NCBI GenBank assembly: GCA_963799675.1
Contig: CAWCXQ010000007.1
Span: 118,077 to 182,076 of the forward strand
Source of the DNA: an uncultured Chloroflexia bacterium
GTDB lineage: Bacteria; Chloroflexota; Limnocylindria; QHBO01
Direction of reading: 5' to 3'
DNA length: 64,000 nt
Shown here: positions 1 through 9,740 of the stretch, piece by piece
Layout: every line of letters begins with the position of its first letter
How positions within the stretch are numbered: position 1 is the stretch's first letter
Program-made: the position numbers and the translations under genes
The notes under the pieces: generated by a model
Seen by the model: the letters and a program-made list of their open reading frames with translations, nothing else
The model's database searches: none
Told to the model about the DNA's origin: nothing

Positions 1-1642
1 CCACCAGTCGGTCGTAGCTGAGAAGGTAGCCGGCCAGCCGAACGCTCTCGCCCGGCCGCAGGGTGGCGCTCGTCTGCGACGCGAGCCCGGACGAGACGGA
101 CACCGCGACCGCCATGACGAGGACGCCGAAATGGACGAGGTAGCCGCCGTACCGCCGCCGATTGCGCGTCGCCAGGCGCCATGCCGCCGTCGCCGGATCC
201 TCCCCGCGGGATCTCGATCGAGCACGCGCGCCCCGGAAGAGCTCGTCGAGCATGATCCCACCCACGAAGACCGCCAGGCCGAGGGTACCGAGGGGTCCCA
301 GGCCACGCATTCCCAGGCCCCACGCGGCCACCACGACGAGCACCGCCGCAACCACCGGCACGCCGAAGCGCTCGCGGACCGAGCTCCACGATGCCCGCCC
401 CCAGGGCAGGGCGGGGCCGATCCCCATCAGGAAGAGGAGCGCCGCGAAGATCGGTACGTTGACCCGGTTGAACCAGGGGGCCCCGACGCTGATCGTGCCG
501 CCGCCGGTGGCGGCGACGACGAGCGGGAGGAGGGTGCCGAACAGCACGGCGAACGTGAGCCCGCAGAGGAGCACGTTGTTCAGCAGGAACGCGGACTCCC
601 GGCTCAGCAGCGAGGTCGGACGCCCGGTGCCGGTCAGCTGCGGCAGCCGCCAGACCAGCAGGCTCAGCGCAGCCGTCAGCGCCAGCGCGATTGCGCCGAG
701 GAACCACGGGCCGATCGCCGACTGCGTGAACGAGTGGACGCTGGCCACCACGCCGGAGCGGGTGAGAAACGTGCCCACCAGCGTCAACGCGAAGGTGGCG
801 ATCACGAGCGAGACCGTCCATGCCTTCAGCGACCCGCGTCGCTCGGCGACCATCGAGGAGTGGACGAAGGCCGTGGCCGTGAGCCAGGGCAGGAGCGCCG
901 CGTTCTCGACCGGATCCCAGGCCCAGTAGCCACCCCAGCCGAGGACTTCGTAGCTCCACCATGCCCCCGCGGTGATGCCCAGGGTGAGGAAGATCCACGG
1001 GATCATCGTCCAGCGACGAACGACCGCCAGCCATCCCTCATCGAGCCGTCCGGTCACCAGCGCGGCCACGGCGAAGGCGAACGGCACCGCAAGCCCGGTA
1101 TAGCCGAGGTACAGGAGGGGTGGATGCAGGCCCATGAATGGATGGTTCTGGAGCAGCGCGTTCGGCCCCCCGCCCTCGACTGGCACCGGTGTGACACGAA
1201 GGAAGGGGTTTCCCGGCCAGACCAGCACGGCAAAGAAGAAGCTGTCGATGGCGGCCAGCGCCGCTCCCACCCACGGCATCAGCAGCCGATGCCGCGATCG
1301 GTATCGGCTGACGACGAGCACTGCCCAGCCGCTGGCGAGGAGGGTCCAGAACAGGATCGAGCCCTCGAGCGCGGCCCACAGGGAGATGAATGAGAAGAAG
1401 GGTGGAGTGGTCGTCGCGTTGTTGCGCGCCACGTAGAGGATCGAGAAGTCGTGCGTCAGGAGCGAATAGACCATGACGCCGCATGCCAGCACCGCGAGTC
1501 CGAAGCTCGCGTACAGCCCACGGCGGCCGCTCGAGAGCGCACGGTCGTCGCCGCTGCGGCCGCCGATGACGAACGCGCCCGCAGCGAAGAGGCTCGCAGC
1601 GAGTCCGATGACGAGGGCGATGTGACCGAATGTGGGGAGCAT
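1..1642 (-). CDS. ccmF: Cytochrome c heme lyase CcmF (3' end outside window)
   Basis: Manual minus-strand translation from ATG 1642 (MLPTFGHIALVIG...) gives WAALEGS, LHPPLLYLGY and WGGYWAWDPVEN motifs; last gene of a ccm operon; absent from the ORF track because it runs off the edge. Confidence 0.93.
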   Translation of the reverse strand, partial: MLPTFGHIALVIGLAASLFAAGAFVIGGRSGDDRALSSGRRGLYASFGLAVLACGVMVYSLLTHDFSILYVARNNATTTPPFFSFISLWAALEGSILFWTLLASGWAVLVVSRYRSRHRLLMPWVGAALAAIDSFFFAVLVWPGNPFLRVTPVPVEGGGPNALLQNHPFMGLHPPLLYLGYTGLAVPFAFAVAALVTGRLDEGWLAVVRRWTMIPWIFLTLGITAGAWWSYEVLGWGGYWAWDPVENAALLPWLTATAFVHSSMVAERRGSLKAWTVSLVIATFALTLVGTFLTRSGVVASVHSFTQSAIGPWFLGAIALALTAALSLLVWRLPQLTGTGRPTSLLSRESAFLLNNVLLCGLTFAVLFGTLLPLVVAATGGGTISVGAPWFNRVNVPIFAALLFLMGIGPALPWGRASWSSVRERFGVPVVAAVLVVVAAWGLGMRGLGPLGTLGLAVFVGGIMLDELFRGARARSRSRGEDPATAAWRLATRNRRRYGGYLVHFGVLVMAVAVSVSSGLASQTSATLRPGESVRLAGYLLSYDRLV

Positions 1643-1646
1643 CGGC

Positions 1647-2123
1647 CTAGGGAGCCTGGTCCGTGCCGGGATCGAAGCCGTGGCTCGACGGCTGCGCGCC
1701 GGGTGGCGGGGCCTGGTAATTCTCGTCGTGCTTCACGATCACCTGGCTCGCCTGGAAGACCCCGTCAGCGCCCAGCGTTCCCTCGACGACGGCGCCGGCC
1801 CCCTCGCGGAATGAGCGGGTGGGTGCGACCGTCGAGTGCACGGGGATCTCGGCATCGCCGTCGGTGAGCACGAACCGCAGGTCGGTCGCGGGGCCGGAGA
1901 CGCTCCCCTGCTTGACCAGCCCGCCAAGCCGGACCGTGTCGCCGACAGCCGCCTCGCCGCGGGCGAGCAGCTCGGTGGGCGTGAGGTAATACACGAACGC
2001 GCTGCCGATATTGCTGAACGCCAGGTAGGCGATCACCGCCAGCACGCTCGCGACTGCGAGGATCGTCCCCCACCGTCGCCGCGGCGGCGGGAGGGCCGGC
2101 GGACGCGGCGCGACGAGCGTCAT
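1647..2123 (-). CDS. ccmE: Cytochrome c maturation heme chaperone CcmE
   Basis: N-terminal TM, YYLTPTE, VRLGGLV, FREGAGAVVEG, KHDENY heme-binding motif. Confidence 0.93.
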   Translation of the reverse strand: MTLVAPRPPALPPPRRRWGTILAVASVLAVIAYLAFSNIGSAFVYYLTPTELLARGEAAVGDTVRLGGLVKQGSVSGPATDLRFVLTDGDAEIPVHSTVAPTRSFREGAGAVVEGTLGADGVFQASQVIVKHDENYQAPPPGAQPSSHGFDPGTDQAP

Positions 2124-2261
2124 TCGTCCTCTGCAGGGGGCGTCTCGTCCAGCGCTGCGCGACGGGCCGCCGCAAGGCGCCGATGGAGGAGGGCGGCGTA
2201 GAGCGGCGAGGCCACCGAGAATGACCCCGTAGCCGGCCAGCACGAACGGCCAGTCGGTCAT
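2120..2261 (-). CDS. ccmD: Small membrane protein CcmD-like (one apparent frameshift)
   Basis: MTDWPFVLAGYGVILGG then, after a 1-nt shift, LYAALLHRRLAAARRAALDE* with a stop overlapping the ccmE ATG; lies between ccmC and ccmE. Confidence 0.7.
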
Positions 2262-2983
2262 GGCGCCACCTGCCCTGCCGCGCCGGGAGCGCGCGCGGCC
2301 ACGATCCGGCCCATGCGCGCCGATTCCTCGCGCTGCCACTCCAGGCGCGCCAGCTGGTAGCGGCGCAGCATCAGGTAGCCCCAGGCCAGGCTGAGCGCCA
2401 GCGCCATGCTGACCAGGGCGGAGACGAAGACGAGCGGGGCGGCCGGGTTGAGGATGCGGTCAGGTGAGCCGATGGTCGCGGTCTGGTGCAGCCCGCGCCA
2501 CCAGATGACGCTGAAATGGACGATCGGGATGTCGATCGCGGCAACCAGTCCCACCACCGCCGCCCGCGTCGCGCGGCGCGCCGGATCATCGGTCATGCGC
2601 CTGAGCAGCAGGTAGCCGACATACAGCGCCAGGAGGAGCGCCGTGGTGGTGAGCCGGGGATCCTCCCATTGCCAGTAGACGCCCCACACCGGCCTGCCCC
2701 ACATCATCCCGCCCCAGATCGCAAAGGCGGTGAAGAGGACGCCGATCTCCGCGCCCGCGAGCGCCACGGCGTCGAACCGCGGGTCGCGTCGCCAGAGCCA
2801 GAGAACGCCGGCCAGGGCGGTCACGGCGAAGGAGAGGTAGGCGACCCAAGCCGATCCGACGTGCACGTACATGATCCGCTGCGCGTCACCCTGGTTCAGG
2901 TCGGCTGGCACGACGAGGAGACCGACCGCGGCGGCCGCAATGACCGAGGCAGCTGCAGCGAGGCCCAGGATGCGAGCCTTCAT
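2258..2983 (-). CDS. ccmC: Heme exporter/cytochrome c biogenesis protein CcmC
   Basis: RIMYVHV, WGRPVWGVYWQWEDPRLT (WWD domain), HFSVIWWRGLHQ. Confidence 0.93.
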   Translation of the reverse strand: MKARILGLAAAASVIAAAAVGLLVVPADLNQGDAQRIMYVHVGSAWVAYLSFAVTALAGVLWLWRRDPRFDAVALAGAEIGVLFTAFAIWGGMMWGRPVWGVYWQWEDPRLTTTALLLALYVGYLLLRRMTDDPARRATRAAVVGLVAAIDIPIVHFSVIWWRGLHQTATIGSPDRILNPAAPLVFVSALVSMALALSLAWGYLMLRRYQLARLEWQREESARMGRIVAARAPGAAGQVAP

Positions 2984-3672
2984 CACTCCTCCAGCAGAAA
3001 CCGGTAGGTGGCGGCCCCGGCGATCAGCATCACGACGTCGAAGAGGGCCAGCAGCTGGAGCCAGGAGCCCAGCTCGCCGAACGGATCGCCGGCCAGCGCG
3101 GCTGCGGTCGCCTGCACGGCGGCGAGGAGAAGCGGCGCGACGATCGGCAGCATGAGCAGCGGCAGCATCACCTCGCGAGCCCGCATTCTCACCGTCAGCC
3201 CCGCGTAGAAGGTGCCGACCGCCGCGAAGCCGACGGTCCCGAGCAGGAGCGTCGCCAGCAGCCACGGCCAGGCAGTCGCGAGATCGATCCCGTACAGGAT
3301 GGCGACCGTCGGCAGCAGCACGCCGCCCAGGACCAGCATCACGGCCGATCCTGCGAGCGCCTTGCCGGCATAGATCGCGCGGCGCTCGATGGGGTAGAGG
3401 GCGAGCTGTTCGAGGGCGTCGTCCTCGGTCTCGACCAGGTGCAGACGGCCGACCGCGAGCAGCCCGGCGAAGACGATCGCCAGCCAGAGGAGTCCGGGGG
3501 CCGCCTCGGCCAGCCGCCGCGAGTCGGGGCCCAGCGCGAATCCGAAGAGCAGCAGCACGAGCGCGGCGAAGAAGAGGGTGCTCACCGCGGCGTGCCGGCC
3601 CCGCAGCTCGGAGAGGGCGTCTTTGCGGGCGATCGCCAGCGCGATGCGAGCCTCGGCGCGCACGCCGTTCAC
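2983..3672 (-). CDS. ccmB: Heme exporter permease CcmB
   Basis: ARKDALSELR, APGLLW, REVMLPLLMLP; about 6 TM segments; GTG start. Confidence 0.9.
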   Translation of the reverse strand: MNGVRAEARIALAIARKDALSELRGRHAAVSTLFFAALVLLLFGFALGPDSRRLAEAAPGLLWLAIVFAGLLAVGRLHLVETEDDALEQLALYPIERRAIYAGKALAGSAVMLVLGGVLLPTVAILYGIDLATAWPWLLATLLLGTVGFAAVGTFYAGLTVRMRAREVMLPLLMLPIVAPLLLAAVQATAAALAGDPFGELGSWLQLLALFDVVMLIAGAATYRFLLEE

Positions 3673-4407
3673 GCCGCGCCCGCCGCGACCGGCCGGCCGG
3701 CACCGACGCCTATCGGTTCGAGGCTGACGCCGGCCGCCCTCGACGGCGGACACGAGGCCCGCCTCGAGGTGCAGTGTTCCATCGACAACCGCGAGCAACC
3801 GCTCGACCGCGTGCGAGGCCACGAGCACCGTCGCGCCGACCTCCCGCCACGCCGCCAGCAGACGGTCGATCAGCTCCATGCCCTCCACGTCGAGCGCAGC
3901 ATATGGCTCATCGAGCAGGACGAGGCTCGGCCCCGAAAGGATCAGGCGCCCCAGCGCCAGGCGTCGGCGCATGCCGGCGGAGAAGGTGCGCACCCGCCGC
4001 TCGGCGACGGCCTCCAGGCCCACCTCGCCCAGGACGGTCGCCTGGCGCTGCGTGCGCTCCTCCGGCTCGAGGCCAAGCATCGTCGCGGCGAAGGCCAGGT
4101 TCTCCCGTGCCGTCAGGTCGTCGTAGAGGCCGCTCGCGTGCGAGAGATAGGCGATCCGCTGCCGGACGAGGTGGGGATTGCGTGAGACGTCCAGCCCGTC
4201 GACCTCGGCCCGGCCGAACGATGGTGTGAGCGCGGTGGCGAGGACGCGTAGCAGCGTGGTCTTTCCGGCTCCATTCGGCCCCAGCAGGGCGATGGCGCGT
4301 CCGCGCTCGACGCGCACGGAGATGCCGGCCAAGGCAGGGTAGCCTGCAAACAGGCGCGCCAACTCCGCCGTGACCACAGCGGGCGGCGGCGTGTCGAAAG
4401 CGCCCAT
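3669..4407 (-). CDS. ccmA: Heme exporter ATPase CcmA (frameshift near 3' end fuses it to ccmB in the ORF track)
   Basis: GPNGAGKTT, FSAGMRRR, LLDEP; the alternative frame after about 3735 ends in a TGA overlapping the ccmB GTG. Confidence 0.9.
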
Positions 4408-4478
4408 GGATCGGGGCGAGACGTAGATGGTGGTCTGCGGCATGCTCGACGCGCGGGGCACGAGGGGTGGGTCCGGCC

Positions 4479-4507
4479 ACTATGCGGCCGGGCGCTGGGC
4501 GCGTCAA
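4479..4507 (-). promoter_or_regulatory. Putative sigma70 promoter of the ccm operon
   Basis: TTGACG-N17-CATAGT on the minus strand, about 70 nt upstream of ccmA. Confidence 0.55.
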
Positions 4508-4514
4508 ATGGGCC

Positions 4515-4545
4515 GGCGTAACGGGCCGCGTACGCTCATCGTGAG
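4515..4545 (+). promoter_or_regulatory. Candidate ECF promoter/operator, copy 1 (upstream of cupredoxin)
   Basis: GGCGTAAC-GGGCC-GCGTACG-N5-CGTGA; near-identical element at 5958. Confidence 0.5.
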
Positions 4546-4612
4546 CAACATCATCTCGATCGCGAAGCGATCTGATCCCTCGCCCATCATCGGAAGGAGC
4601 AACGGTTCACGA

Positions 4613-5033
4613 ATGCATCAAATCAGCACGCGACCTCATTTCCTGCTGACGCTGGCCGGCGTCGGCATCCTGCTCGCGGCATGCTCGAACAGCGGGACGG
4701 GCGCGGCAGCGACCGCGACGGCTGCGGCGACCCACCGCCGGGGAGAGCCAGGCGGCGTCGGGCGGCGAGGCGAGCGTCAATATGGTCGGCTTCAAGTTCG
4801 ACCCGGCCACGCTGACGGTGAAGGTCGGCACGAAGGTGACCTTCAAGAACAGTGATGGGGCGACGCATAACGTGGCCGAGGGCCAGGACGGCAAGAAGGC
4901 CGATGGCGCCAAGTTCGACGAGGAGGTCAAGCCCGGTGCGTCGACCACGATCACGTTCGACACCGCCGGCACCGTCCACGTCACGTGCCTCATCCACCCG
5001 ACCATGAACATGACCGTCACCGTGGAGAGCTGA
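4613..5033 (+). CDS. Cupredoxin (plastocyanin/azurin family) lipoprotein, frameshift near 4735
   Basis: Lipobox LAAC in the first frame; second frame has FDPATLTVKVGTKVTFKN, HNV and C-x2-H-x2-M (CLIHPTM) type-1 copper ligands. Confidence 0.85.
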
Positions 5034-5079
5034 CGCTCGGTTGATTCTGCAGGGGGGCGGTGCTAGCCTCTGGCGCCTG

Positions 5080-5469
5080 ATGGACGCCGGGCTCCTGCTA
5101 CCGCCTACCCCGAATCGGGACGCGCCTCCGCGCTCACGCGCGGAGCGGCGCGCCGACGCCCAGCGCGCAGAATGTGCGGCCACGGCCGCGCTCAATATCC
5201 TCGGCCAGAAATGGGTCCTCCGCATCATCCGCGCGCTTGGCGAAGGCACGCAGCGCTTCTGTGAGCTGCAGGACGCGCTGGGCGGAGCCAACTCGGCCAC
5301 CCTCTCGCAGCGCCTCAAGCTGCTCGAGGACGAAGTGCTGATCGACCGCCGCATCATCTCGAGCGTGCCCCCCTGGGTCGAGTATTCCCTCACCGCAAAA
5401 GGAGCTGAGCTTCAGCAGGCGATCGTCGGGATCGATCGCTGGGCGGAGCGTTGGGTCGCCGATCAGTGA
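5080..5469 (+). CDS. HxlR-family winged-helix regulator
   Basis: C...ALNILGQKWVLRII, RFCELQ, LSQRLKLLE, PPWVEYSLT. Confidence 0.9.
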   Translation: MDAGLLLPPTPNRDAPPRSRAERRADAQRAECAATAALNILGQKWVLRIIRALGEGTQRFCELQDALGGANSATLSQRLKLLEDEVLIDRRIISSVPPWVEYSLTAKGAELQQAIVGIDRWAERWVADQ

Positions 5470-5957
5470 GCCACCCGGTCGCCGAAGAGCGGCCCGTCGA
5501 GCACGGGGATGCGCTCAACCTGCTCCGCGCCGACGTCGCCGAGGCGCCGGGTCCGCAGGCCGCGGCGCAGCGGGTCGTGGAGCAGCTTCACGAGCGGTTC
5601 CCGCACTATGACTGGGTCGGGATCTACTGGGTCGAGGGCGACGAGCTGGTGCTCGGGCCGTGGGTCGGTCCGGAGGCGACCGAGCACACCCGCATCCCGA
5701 TCGGGAGCGGGATCTGCGGGGCCGCCGCGGACTCCGGCCAGACGCAGGTCGTCGACGACGTGGACTCCGATCCGCGCTACCTGGCCTGCTTCGCCAGCAC
5801 GCGGTCGGAGATCGTGGTGCCCATCTTCGCGGAGAGCCAGGTCGTCGGTGAGATCGACATCGATGGCAACGATCCGGCCGCGTTCGGCGACACGGACGCC
5901 CGCTTCCTGGAGGAGATCGCCGCCCTCCTGGCGCCGCTGCGGCCACGCGCGCAATAG
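5466..5957 (+). CDS. GAF protein, free methionine-R-sulfoxide reductase (MsrC/fRMsr)-like
   Basis: YDWVGIY, IPIGSGICG, YLAC, RSEIVVP, GEIDID. Confidence 0.8.
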   Translation: MSHPVAEERPVEHGDALNLLRADVAEAPGPQAAAQRVVEQLHERFPHYDWVGIYWVEGDELVLGPWVGPEATEHTRIPIGSGICGAAADSGQTQVVDDVDSDPRYLACFASTRSEIVVPIFAESQVVGEIDIDGNDPAAFGDTDARFLEEIAALLAPLRPRAQ

Positions 5958-5986
5958 GGCGTAACCCGGCGCGTACGAGCCGTGAC
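5958..5986 (+). promoter_or_regulatory. Candidate ECF promoter/operator, copy 2 (immediately upstream of ECF sigma)
   Basis: GGCGTAAC-CCGGC-GCGTACG-N3-CGTGA. Confidence 0.5.
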
Positions 5987-6523
5987 ATGCCGGCCGTCGC
6001 CTCCGACCCTACCCCTGCACCGCGGCGCTTCGAGGAGATCTACGACGACCACGTGGTTGGCATCTACCGATTCATCTACGCCCGGCTGGGGAACCGCCCG
6101 GATGCCGAGGACCTGACCGCGCAGGTTTTCATGCGCGCCGTCGAGCAGCTCGATACCACGCGAGCGCCGGGCCAGATCGCGAGCTGGCTGTATCGCGTCA
6201 GCCAGAACGCCATCGCCGACTACTGGCGGGCCTTCTACCGGCTGCCACTGGTCGGGGCCGACCATGTCGCCCCCGGCTGGGAGCCGGTCGACCTCAGCCG
6301 CGATCTGCCCGAGGAACGGAACGATGGCTCGACGGCTCGTGTCGAGGCACTCCTCGGCCGCCTGCCCGCGAACTACCGCCGCGTGCTCGAGCTGCGCTTC
6401 CTGCGACGCCTCTCGGTGGCGGAGACGGCGAGCGAGATGGGGATCAGCCGCGGCAACGCGAAGGTCCTCCAGTACCGGGCGCTGCGCAAGGCAGCGCTGC
6501 TGGGAGAGCCGACCGATGGCTGA
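5987..6523 (+). CDS. ECF RNA polymerase sigma factor
   Basis: Region 2 DAEDLTAQVF and WLYRVSQN; region 4 LPANYRRVLELRF...ETASEMG...QYRAL; 178 aa. Confidence 0.93.
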   Translation: MPAVASDPTPAPRRFEEIYDDHVVGIYRFIYARLGNRPDAEDLTAQVFMRAVEQLDTTRAPGQIASWLYRVSQNAIADYWRAFYRLPLVGADHVAPGWEPVDLSRDLPEERNDGSTARVEALLGRLPANYRRVLELRFLRRLSVAETASEMGISRGNAKVLQYRALRKAALLGEPTDG

Positions 6524-7322
6524 GCACGAAGAGGCCGGCGAGCTCCAGTCGTCCGAGCGCCTCGAGCGCTACCTCGACGCGCTGCTGCGCGACGAGCGGC
6601 CATCCCCGGAGGAAGTGGCCGGAGGAGACGAGGCGGAGATCGCGCGTCTCGCCGCCGAGCTCGCCGCCGCGGCACGACAGGAGGGCCCTGACCCCGCCTT
6701 CATCGAGCAGCTGCGGCTCCGAATGCGCCAGGCGGACGAAGGGATCGCCGCGGTGCAGGTGCCACCGCCGGTGCGACCCGCACCGGAGCCCACGAGCCAA
6801 ATGGCACGCATTCGGCTCTCGCGCCGATCTCTGCTGCGGAGCGGGCTGGGAGCGGCCGCCGGCCTGGCCGCCGGGCTGGTGGGCGGCGTCGTCCTCCGAG
6901 ACCTCGCAACGCCAAACCGGGATCCCATCTGGGACGATGGCGGCGGCCTGGTGGCAGGCGACGGGCAGTGGCAGCAGGTGGCCACGCTGGCCGACGTGAC
7001 GCCCGGAACCGCTGCTCGATTCAGCACGGTGGCGTTCGATGGCTATCTCGTCAATGACGGCGGTGAGATCCGAGCCCTCTCTTCGGTCTGCACCCACATG
7101 GGCTGCACCCTCCAGTACCGCGCCGAGTGGCACGACCTGCGCTGTCCGTGCCACGGCGCCAGCTTTGATCTCAAGGGAGAGCTCGCCAATGGACGGTCAC
7201 GCTGGCGCGAAACCGGCGGCTACCGCGGCGATGCCACCGCCTATCCGATCGAGCTCCCGCCCCTGGTCCGGCCGAAGGTCAAGGTGGCCGATGGCGCGAT
7301 CTTCGTGTGGACCACGGCCTAG
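6516..7322 (+). CDS. Anti-sigma-like N-terminal domain + twin-arginine/TM + Rieske [2Fe-2S] domain
   Basis: Overlaps the sigma stop; LERYLDALL...PDPAFIEQLR helical N-domain; SRRSLL and hydrophobic helix; CTHMGC and CPCHG. Confidence 0.8.
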   Translation: MAEHEEAGELQSSERLERYLDALLRDERPSPEEVAGGDEAEIARLAAELAAAARQEGPDPAFIEQLRLRMRQADEGIAAVQVPPPVRPAPEPTSQMARIRLSRRSLLRSGLGAAAGLAAGLVGGVVLRDLATPNRDPIWDDGGGLVAGDGQWQQVATLADVTPGTAARFSTVAFDGYLVNDGGEIRALSSVCTHMGCTLQYRAEWHDLRCPCHGASFDLKGELANGRSRWRETGGYRGDATAYPIELPPLVRPKVKVADGAIFVWTTA

Positions 7323-7541
7323 CCGCTGATCACGCCCACCAGGTAGCTGATCACGTAGGGGATCGCCAGCACGGCGAGGATGACCGCCAGCACGATGCCG
7401 GCGTACAGGAAGAGCGAGAGGTCCGGCGGCTCGGCACGCGGAGGCGGCGGAGTCAGGCGGCGGGCCAGGCGGACCGGCCGTCGGGGAGGCCGATGCTGAT
7501 ACGGATGCTTGATGCAGGTCGATCCGGGGCAGGTCGGGCAT
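7319..7541 (-). CDS. Small membrane protein (apparent frameshift near 5' end)
   Basis: Frame ending ...PPDLSLFLYAGIVLAVILAVLAIPYVISYLVGVISG*; ATG at 7541 is out of frame by 1 nt. Confidence 0.5.
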
Positions 7542-7543
7542 GA

Positions 7544-8526
7544 TCAGGCGTAGACCTCCGGATTGACACAGCTCGGCAGTGGATCCCCGCGCAGGCCGGC
7601 GAGCAGGTTGGCAGCCGCGATCGCCGCCATCTTGCCGCGGGTCACCCGCGAGGCGGACGCAATGTGCGGCACCACCAGGCAGTTCTCGCAGGTGAGGAGC
7701 GGGTCGTCGGGCGCCATCGGCTCCGGATCGGTCACGTCGAGGGCGGCCGCAAAGATCTGGCCGTCGCGCAGGGCATCATAGAGCGCGGCCTGGTCGACCA
7801 CGGGCCCGCGCGACGTGTTGACGAGGATGGCGGTCCGCTTCATGCGCGCCAGGGCCGACGCGTTGATCAGGTGGCGAGTCTCATCGGTCAGGTTCGTGTG
7901 CAGGCTGACCATGTCGGAGGTGGCCAGCAGCTCATCCATCTCCACCCGGCGCGCATTCAGAGCGCGCTCCTCGTCGGGAGTGGCGGCGGTGGACGTCGTG
8001 GTACACGACCTTCATGCCGAAGCCGGAGGCACGCTTCGCCATCTCGCGCCCGATCCGGCCGAAGCCGACGATGCCGAGGGTTGCGCCGTGCAGGTCGACC
8101 CCCATCAGGAGCATCGGTCCCCACGTCTTCCAGCGGTCCGCCGCGGACGTAGCGTGATCCCTCGTCGATCCGCCGCGCGGCGGCCATCAGCAGGGCGAAG
8201 GCGAGATCGGCGGTCGTCTCGGTGAGCACGCCCGGCGTGTTGCCGGCCGGGATTCGACGGCGGGTGAGCTCCGGCACATCGAGGTTGTCAAAGCCGACCG
8301 CATAGTTGCTCACGACCTTGAGCTGCGGGCCGGCGGCATCGAGCAGCTCGGCGTCGACCCGGTCGGTGAGCAGCGTCAGCAGCCCGTCCATCCCGGCAGA
8401 CCGCCGCAGGAGCTCGTCGCGGGGCGGGGGCAGCTCGTCTGTCCAGAGGTCGAGCTCGCAGGCATCGCGAACCGGATCGAGGCCCTCGTCCGGAATGACA
8501 CGCGAGACGAAGACCCGCGGGCTCAC
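7544..8526 (-). CDS. D-2-hydroxyacid dehydrogenase (glyoxylate reductase/D-glycerate dehydrogenase), at least 2 frameshifts
   Basis: NYAVGFDN, NTPGVLTETTAD, GIVGFGRIG, NTSRGPVVD, LDVTDPEP and PHIASA spread over three frames. Confidence 0.9.
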
Positions 8527-9740
8527 GACACGCGCGCCGTCTGCGCGCTGGCCAGGTCGCCGGTGCGCTGCAGCCGGCCGAGCGACTCCGCGACGCGGTC
8601 GAGCGCGCGCTGACAGGTTCTCGCGAGAGTTGGCGTACGAGAAGCGCAGGTAGCCCTCCCCGTGCCGCCCGAACGCGGTGCCGGCCAGGCCGCAGACCCC
8701 GGCGTCGTAGAGCAGGTGGTCGGCGATCTCGACGCTCGTGCGCCCGAAGGAGCTGACGTTCGGGAACGCGTAGAAGGCGCCGTGCGGCAGTCGGCAGCTC
8801 AGCCCGTCGATCGCATTCAGCCCGTCGACGATGAGCGAGCGGCGCGCCGATGAACTCCTCGCGCATGGCGGTCGCATCGTCCTGCGGCCCGGTCAACGCC
8901 TCGATCGCACCGGCCTGCGCGAAGGCATTGGTGCACGAGACGCTGTTGATGATCAGCCTGCTGAAGGCCGGCACCAGCCATTCCGGCAGGATGCCGTAGC
9001 CGAGCCGCCAGCCGGTCATCGCGAAGGTCTTCGAGAATCCGTCAAGCGTGATCGTGCGGTCCGCCATGCCTGGCAGCGTCGCGATCGAGAGCGGCTCTCC
9101 CTCGTACTGCAGCCGCGCCGTAGATCTCGTCGGCGAGGACGACCAGGTCTCGCTCGACCGCGCAGGCCGGCGACGGCCGCGAGGTCCTCATCGGTCAGGA
9201 TCGACCCCGTCGGGTTGTGGGGCGAGTTGAGGATGACCAGCCGCGTGCGATCGGTCACCAGCGACGCGAGCTCGTCGACGTCGACCCGGAAGTCGTTCTC
9301 CTCGCGCAGCGGAGCGGCCACCGGCGTCCGCCCACGAAGGCGGCCATGCTCTCGTAGATCGGGAAGCCGGGGTTGGGGTAGATCACCTCGTCGCCGCGGT
9401 TCACGAGGGCCAGCATCGCGTAGAACATGATCGGCTTGGCGCCGGGCGTGACGACCACCCGCTCAGCGGAGTGTCTCGATCCCCTTCCAGCGCAGCACGT
9501 CGGCGGCGATCGCCTCCCGCAGCGGCTGCGATCCCGGGCGACGGCGGTGTAGTGCGTCATCCCGTCATTGAGCAGCGCGTCCGACGCGGCCTCGCTGACA
9601 TGGCGCGGGGTGTCGAAGTCGGGCTCCCCCATCTCGAGGTGGATGACGTCCCTGCCCGTCGCCTCCAGGGCGCGGGCGCGTGCCGCCGCCTCGAACGCGG
9701 TCTCGGTCCCGATCCGCTCCATGCGGGTGGCGAGTTTCAC
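8523..9740 (-). CDS. PLP-dependent aminotransferase class I/II, several frameshifts
   Basis: GEPDFDTP, VVTPGAKP, NSPHNPTG, DGFSKTFAMTGWRLG, GAFYAFP and YLRFSYA across frames. Confidence 0.9.

Noticed and set aside
131-1393. 420-aa plus-strand ORF and other long Arg/Pro/Ala-rich ORFs (e.g. 16778..18769, 18480..20597, 31644..33977, 46119..48095)
   Set aside because: Antisense or off-frame shadows of recognisable genes, expected at high GC
1647-4461. Apparent CcmA-CcmB and CcmD-CcmE fusions
   Set aside because: A single-base shift restores separate genes with GTGA/ATGA overlaps; likely indels
7544-9740. Pseudogene status for the dehydrogenase and aminotransferase
   Set aside because: Catalytic motifs are intact and similar shifts hit genes such as folC and the Rieske subunit; assembly error is more parsimonious
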